Shown here in pieces: positions 57,001-64,000 of a stretch of 64,000 nt of DNA. Within the stretch, counting starts at the first letter, position 1. Each line of letters starts with the position of its first letter. The DNA is from Monocercomonoides exilis PA203. Lineage: Eukaryota > Protista > Preaxostyla. A program made the translations under genes and the position numbers. Location of the stretch: NCBI GenBank assembly GCA_001643675.2, contig LSRY02000028.1, positions 1,116,001-1,180,000 on the forward strand, read 5' to 3'. The notes beneath the pieces were generated by a model. That model searched no databases. It had not been told where the DNA came from and saw only the letters and a list, made by a program, of their open reading frames with translations.

Positions 57001-60000
57001 GCTGTCATACTCATCATCTTCTGTGTCTGATTTCGTCAGAGTGTAATCACTTGCATCATTGCCATCTTCATCTTCATCACTGCCAGAGACATCAATATAC
57101 AAATCACCATAATCCGTTTGACTGTCCTGTTCAGTAGATGAAGTACTTTGTTCACTTGAATTATCATCAGTCGAAGAACTTTCGCTACCCTCTTCAAAGC
57201 CAGATGTTTTTAATGTCATTATTGTATTTCTCCGCAAACCGAACGGCTTCTCTGCCTGCTCTTCATTCAAAAGAGGAGCTGGTGCAATTTCTGCAAATCC
57301 CATTAATTCACCTTCAGCATCAGAATCAAAATCGCCTTGCTGATCATCCAAATCAGCCACGTTCTCTTTCGCCTTTGAACTCCAATGAGAATTCTTCGAT
57401 GGAGTTCTGCTGTGCCTTGCAGTTCCAGTATCTGTTCTAATCCCAGATCGTTTTGCTCTTGTTATCCATTTATTTCTTGGATGATTTGCGCACATTATGT
57501 TTTTGTTACTTTGTGACTGCTGCTGGGCGTATCCTCGCTGCAACTCAGGAATAACCGAAAGATAAGCAGACAAGTGAACGAGAACTCTGGAAATTGTGCG
57601 TGTCATTTCTCGCAGCGCTGCCACACCGCTTGTCATTGCAACGTGCGAAGCAAGCGAAAACAGATCTCTTTCAGAACGTAGACAGCTACCAAAGCTGCGA
57701 TGCTCCACAAGAAGTGCAATACAAAGACACTCAGATAGTCGTTCAGTGTGGCGCTTGTCTGTTTCGTGAATCAAAAGTTGGAGCAAAGGTGATACTACAA
57801 GGCGTGCAGCAGCTGTTGTGGCTGGAGCTGTGTTTAGGATTATTATCTTCAGAAAGCGTATGGCTTGCACTTGAATTAAACTGTCGTTCTCAGCAACAAG
57901 CAGAGCACGAATGAATGGCGTGGATCCTTGCGAAGAAAAAGAGGAAGGGAATTGCGCAGAATTCGATGTGAGACGACCAGCAGAAGTGGAAGAATGAGGT
58001 GGCTGAAGTGTCGATTGCTTTGAATGATGAGATCCAGGAAGAAAAGATGAATTCTGCAAAGTACTCGAAGACGGTTGCGCATCTGAGGACATAACAAATG
58101 TTGGCACAAGAGTTGTGTCGAATTCTTCTTCTTTTTTGTCTTCCTTAGCTGAGAGTTGTTGCGTTCTCGATGAAATGAAGCGACTGTTGCTTATACTTCG
58201 CCCTCCTCTCTGAACTGTTTTTCCCTTCTGTTGATTAGCTGAAGAAGCAGCAGTTGAAGAAGACGATGCAGAATAAGAAGAAGTTGTAAGAGAGGAACTG
58301 TTGTATTTCCCTTGTTTTGGTGAAGAAGTCTCTGAAATTGATGCACTAGCAATGACTCCAGACATCGATGATGAGTGGTTCGAGTGCTGAGATTGCTTGA
58401 CGCTCAATGGTTTTGAAGGAGACAATGCTTCCTTTTGCCCGTGGATCATCAATGCGCTCACAGCCAGTGAAGTTGCCGAAGCCCAAAGAGTGTTGAACTT
58501 CTCGGCATTGCGAAACACATCGCCAATCAGAGTTGTCAGCTGACACGATGTGTCAAGAAGGCTTTTCACAATGCGGAGTGTCAAGCTGCGTGATTGGCGC
58601 CAAAGTGAATGGGAATGTACAACAATAAGACGGAATGTGTCGAATATTTGTGTGACAAGATGCACAAGACGATCAGTGGTGGGTGCAAAAGTGCGAAGAA
58701 TACTTGCAAATATCGAAATATCTGAGCAAATTCCAGTGAAGAAGCTGCCCAGACATAAAAGAGAGGGAAAAGGAACCAAAGACGGGCTGTCACGAAAGAG
58801 GCGAAGAACGAAGTTGATTAGAGTAAACAGCCAGCACCCAATCCGATGAATGAACGACTGCTGCATCCCACGAGACAGAAGAAGTCCCTGGTTGTGCATA
58901 ATCAATGGAGGATATGAAGCAAACAAAGAGAACAGCAGCTGCTGCACATCGAACGATCGCAGTGCTGATATAGAGTATTCGTTAAACGCACGCCTAATTA
59001 GCAAGCATGTTGCTGGGAACACACTTGTCTGTACAACTGTATGTTTGAGAGGCGTCTGGCTCTGCTGAAATACAAGAGACGCAAAACGAGCACCAGGTGC
59101 GATTAGGCAACTGTGCTGGGAACATATGCCAATGATCCAAGCGATTGAAAGCTTAAAACGCTTTCTGTGGAAATGTACAGACTCAGCAGCAGGATACAAC
59201 ACAGTCAGCGAATGAATTATCGACTGTAAAAGCATCCGTCCATCAGCACAACGGTAAAGCCAGTCTGTTGCAAGAGCGCGACAAAGAGCCGAGAGGAAGC
59301 GGAGTGAAAGAAGGATCCATGGATTGGGAAGTGCAGATGAAGTGGATTGAGGAGAAGTGGAAACAGCTGAGCGAAGTGGTGATGAGTGCTGAAGCGAAAG
59401 AGGAGGAACAGAGCGAACACCAAGACGAACATTTTGGAGGAAAGGCGATGAAGAAGGATCTGGAGATGAAGAAGACGATGAAGTGTAGGAAAACAGGTGG
59501 CGGTGTTGAGCAAGGACAGAAGATGAGGTGTGCGTGAGTGATGAAGTGAGAGAGACATTTCGTGCATGTTGTGCATCGAGTGTCACGCGCTGAGTCTCCT
59601 TTAGTGATTGAGGTGCCTTTTCGCTTTGTCTGAAGTGGAGGGCAGCCGCTGACAAACAAATTGAAACAATGCCTGCACTTGCTGGCACGTAAAGCAATGC
59701 AAGTTCACTCATGTTTGAGCAGCCATCTTCGATATCTGCAATGCATTTCTCTACCAATCCTTCAACAAACACTGCTGGAAGAGAGGCAAGTGAATGTCTA
59801 AAGGGAATTGAGAAGACAGGATCGATGTAGCATTCGAAGTGGATGTTGAAGAGTGCAGCAAGAAGCAACAAAAAGCAGTCGCGAATGGTTCTGCCGCTCT
59901 CGTCGCACAATTCGAGAAGCAAAGAAGGATTATGAAGTGTTTCGTTGTGAATTGATAGCATTCTATTGATCAGCTCAGCAGAGAAGCAGTACAACTGCCT

Positions 60001-63000
60001 CCTGAGAGATGGCTCAAATGAATGAGAGATGATGTAGTTGAGTGAAGGCATAAGCCGATCGAGAGGGCAATCTGCTGAGATGAAATCTTTAAGAACAGCA
60101 TCTGTGAAGATTTCAGAGCTGACACATCGGAATGAAATCGGAAGAGAAACATCAGAGAATGGCAGTGAAGATCGATCAGAAACAGGCGAACGGGAAAGAT
60201 AAGACGGAAGTGCTGAAGAAGTGCTGATATCAAATTCTGAACTTGACACTGAAGAAGACGGAAGTATTTTGTACTTATTTAGCTGAACAAGTTTTGATGG
60301 GAATGACTTTGATTCATCATCAGCATTTTCGCCATGTTTGCATATTGCTTTATTATTCAATATGATTTCATTAGTCGAATCAGTTTGCCTCTGAAGAGAA
60401 AAAATAGAGTGTGCAATTTCTGATTCAATTGAATTGCTATTGCTCTGTTCAATAAGAGTTAAAACAGAAATGTTTTCTTCAGATTTTGCTGAATTTGATT
60501 CAAATTCCACAGAAAATGGAAAAGCATCTGATTCGAAACATGCTTTCGTATGATTCTTAAGTTTGTCTTTTAGCAATCTTTCACATGAAGGTGTGAGGTC
60601 TTTCCTCATTCCACTCAATTGAACCTCTTTCAGTGCCATAATAGAAGATGGAGAAGTTTCTGTAAAAGCCGGAGAGTTGAGATTTTGGCCAGAAGAAGAA
60701 GAAGAGGATAATTGGGGAGATTTTTGTCGAATGCTTGCCTGTTTTGTTTGAGAGAAAGAGAGAGATTCTGGAGGATTAATGAAAGAAGGTATGCTTTGGT
60801 GCATTGGAGGTGGCGGAGGGCCAGGATAGATCAGAAGTTTGTAGTTACCATCAGGTCTAAGCAGCTGAGGTTGAGAGTGGAGAATGAAAAATGAATGAGC
60901 AAACGCTCTCGAAGGAGAAGGAATGCTTCGATCCGAAGAGCCCAAAGAAGAACCTCCAGCCGGAGAAGTGTTGGAGAAGGGACAGTGAGAAGGAAGATGC
61001 GAATGAAAGCAGAAGAGGATGTGTATGCTATTGTCGTGAAGAGTGGAAGAGGAAAGTGAGATGCGCCTAATTTGTGCAGAAAGATCAGAAATAGCAGATG
61101 AAATGCAGACAAATGAAGATGATTCGTGAGCTAAGTCCATCGAAGGCTCAGATGTTGACTCAAAAAGAAGAGAGTGGGTTGAAGAAGAAAAAAGATTAGT
61201 ACCTGATCGTAATGCGTCACGTGCAGAAATCTCTTCAAAAGTTGAAGATTCAAATGGAGAAGAAGAAGAAGCCGTCGAAGAAGAAGATGATGTGGATGAA
61301 GACGAAGATTGAGAGGATGAAAAATGTTCAGCTGGTGTTAAAAGAGGTGAATGATGAAAAGATGACGGAGAAAGGAGCGAAGCTTCAGGAGAAATAGGAG
61401 CAGAAGATGAGGAAGAATTTGGAGAAGTTCCAACAACATTCGAACTGGGGGTCTTATTTGAAGCTGAAGAAACAACAGAATGTGCCATAAGGTGTGACTC
61501 AGCACCTGTGGAAAAGCATTGGTGGCTACACACAACCACCGAAGAAGAGCCTGAAAGTGGCACTCCATCTTCACTCACAACATGCATGCAAACAACAAAC
61601 GGTTCTGAAAAACGAGATTTTATGTCAGAAGACCCAAGACGCTGAAAGCTTTCATTTCCTTTTTTCGAGTCGTCATTCTTTGAACCTGCTGAATAACAGT
61701 TTAACGAGGCGAATATTGACTGCTTCAGTGCTCGAGAATCGACAGATACACAAACATCATTTCGCGTAGAGAGACCAGGAATTGTGTGAGAAACAGATGC
61801 AGTGGCGAAGTCAAGAGACGATAGTACAACAGGACCTGCTATGTGCAATTGAGAAAGAGGTGCAATTAACGATGTCTGCTGATGAGTGTGAAGTTGAGGC
61901 ACAGCACCGTGTTGCCTCATCGAAGTACCAAGTTGGCGTTGGGTAGAAAGGCGAGGCTGAGCAACAAAAGATAGTGACTGTTGAAGTGTAGGCGTTTGCA
62001 ATGGAAGTGAAGGCAAAGCCCATGGAGGAATGAATGGTGAACTGTCATGTGGCTTAGCTTGCGGCTGAGCTGTTGTCGGAACAAGTGAACGAGAAATAAT
62101 TGAAGGAAAAGAAGAAGATTGCAGAATAGGAATAGGAATTTTCCTGTGAATGGAAAAAATCAATGGCAGGAAGTCCAAGCACTCTGGTATGGCGTTGAGA
62201 GTCATAGACGATGGCAAAGGCTGGCACGAACCATCAGCTAAAGAAGATGAAGATGAGTGCTGTGTAGGGATTTGCGATTCCATACGAGAAAGAGGAGTCG
62301 CGTTGAAAAATGGAGGTACTGCTTTATGAGGCTGAGAAAGCGAACGCTGCTTTTTCAGTTGAGGGCGAGGTGCAATTGGAACAGTTGTAGCAGCAGACGA
62401 AAGTGTTGCATGAGCCTTCACTGATTCAAACCCTCTATCTGTTGTTGATTTCAAGCGATGAGAAGAGTTCTGTTGCGGTTGCTGTCTTGCTTCGTTTGAT
62501 GAGTTGTTGCGATTCAATTGTGTTGTAAATCCACAAAACACTGGACATGTAATTCTGTGTGATTCACCAACACACGTTGGAAATGGAGTTTGAATGTATT
62601 GTGGCATAAAGTACTTCCACTTAGTGCTATCATGAAAAGGAAACAAGCTCGGGGTTAATGGAAGTTGATGAATCTTTGGAGGGCCTTGGCATCTTGAATG
62701 ATCCTCATCCATTCCAATTACTACAAAAGGAAAACTCCCCACAGCAAGTGGACAATCACATTCCAAAGAAGACGATTTAAAAGATACAACGATGCAAAGT
62801 GTTTTTTGCTCCATTTCTTTTAAAATTTCATCTTCATTTTTGAATTTGGAATTTGAAATATCAACAGAAAACTGTTCCAACATAAGTTCAATAAAAATTA
62901 AAGTTCGAGGTTGTGAATGACCCATTCCTTTTTTTAAAGAATATGTTATAACATTTGATATCGGACTGTTGTTATGCCAGATTGAAACAGAAACAGATAA

Positions 63001-63309
63001 TTTTGAAATAAATGGATGCAAAGTCCAAATTGGGGAAGATACATCTGGATCATAGATTTGACAAATTAAACAAGACGTATTATTGCGTGTGAATGAAACA
63101 GCTTGTTTTGGATTTTTCTCCAATGAATAGTCCAACCATCGAGGAGGATTATCAAACGTAAATTCCTTGTAATATGTGAGCCATGAATCGTATCCGATTG
63201 CTGTATCAGGAGGATTAACTAAATTTTCGAAAATGTCGTCTTCGGGAATCCATGTTCTATCTTCATCTGTTATGAAATCTTGTGGTTTAAATCTGTGTGA
63301 GATACTCAT
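54021..63309 (-). CDS. DOCK-family (DHR-1/C2 + DHR-2) Rho GEF-like protein, divergent
   Basis: DHR-1-like pieces: RNDVCVSV, HILFCFHSH, FAHSFFIL...LRPDGNYKLLIY. DHR-2-like pieces: KEAAFTML, LVKLLVAASELFCEAGLW, FFMVQFCG...FIY.....LDSFRRKL, VTETPLPGIKRR. One 7.3-kb exon is followed by four short exons, the last ending ..IIDTEM* at 54021. Confidence 0.75.
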
Positions 63310-63551
63310 TTTTTATAATGGGTTGAAAATACAAAAAAAAAAAAAAAAAAAAAAAAGAATGAGTTAAATGAACAAAAAAAGTGGTTTTTGAATTGTTAAT
63401 AAAAGTTTTATCCAACCTTTCATCACTTTATATTTTTAATTACAAAGAATCACAACTTTTTTAAAAATATTGAAAAATAATGTTTTTCTCAAAAATGTTA
63501 ATTAAACCTAAAACAGAAATTTTCATTATTATTATAAAACAATTGAAATTT

Positions 63552-64000
63552 TTATTCTCTAATCCACAATGCAAAACGTTTATCATCTGCAGTGACAATA
63601 GTCCTTCCATCATTTGACCAAGCTGTTCCCAGAATATTTCGTCCCATTCCGTGCTCTCGTGTGGGAAAGAACATAATTTGATTGTCTGTAATATCTCCAA
63701 TCACCATTCCTCCATTTTTCGACCCTACACACACAAATTTGGGGGTTGGACTGACGCTTCCTTCTGTTGGACTGCAAAGAACAAAAACACAAAAATGTTT
63801 GGAATGATTCAATGGAGGAAATTGATCAACCAAAAAAAAGGCTTATTCAAAACAAACCTCCAACAACCAGTTGTATTCTGAGTCGACGGCATAAATGACC
63901 CAAACTTCCATTTGCACATCGGAGTGAGCATTCGAAAGTCAGCCACAGATAAAGACCCGTCTCTTGCAACAGACAAGAGATATCTGTCATCAGGAGAGAC
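63552..64000 (-). CDS. 3' end of a WD40-repeat protein, ATG16L/TipD-like (runs off the window)
   Basis: VSPDDRYLLSVARDGSLSVADFR..GCW|SP..FVCVGSKNG..ILGTAWSNDGRTIVTADDKRFALW. One GT-AG intron at about 63774-63859. Confidence 0.65.

Noticed and set aside
1-64000. TAA/TAG reassignment as in some oxymonads; tRNA, rRNA or CRISPR arrays
   Set aside because: Conserved genes end cleanly in TAA (AKR, maa-like, AT3) or TAG (Sec1) and have no internal TAR codons. No tRNA cloverleaf, rRNA or repeat-spacer array was seen.

Overview
Eukaryotic, AT-rich genomic DNA with short GT-AG introns, the standard code (genes end in TAA, TAG and TGA) and very long TCT/TCA poly-Ser tracts inside ORFs. This style suggests an oxymonad/metamonad protist such as Monocercomonoides; that is an inference from sequence style only. 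About 15 loci are recognisable, in order: a frameshifted beta-helix (Pmp-like) surface-protein pseudogene; a multi-ubiquitin-like + Cys-rich + RING-H2 fusion; an acyltransferase-3 (OafA-like) membrane protein; a small spliced Ubl protein; a ~3400-aa single-pass receptor kinase whose kinase domain is split by huge inserts; a spliced maltose O-acetyltransferase-like gene; Sec1/Munc18; an RPGRIP1L-like coiled-coil/C2 gene; an unknown tail-anchored protein; a secreted protein with a vitellogenin-N-like domain; an aldo-keto reductase; a neurofibromin-like RasGAP; a coiled-coil protein; a DOCK-like GEF; and the 3' end of an ATG16L-like WD40 gene. Non-coding structure includes two related foldback/MITE-like elements (6784-6986, 50049-50288), a 231-bp dispersed repeat (3296-3526 and, inverted, 50426-50656) and a hairpin cluster at 37040-37232. 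The best candidate for an undescribed system is the Ubl polyprotein with internal di-Gly sites fused to its own RING E3-like domain. Family calls come from motif recognition by eye and splice models from hand translation; no searches were run.
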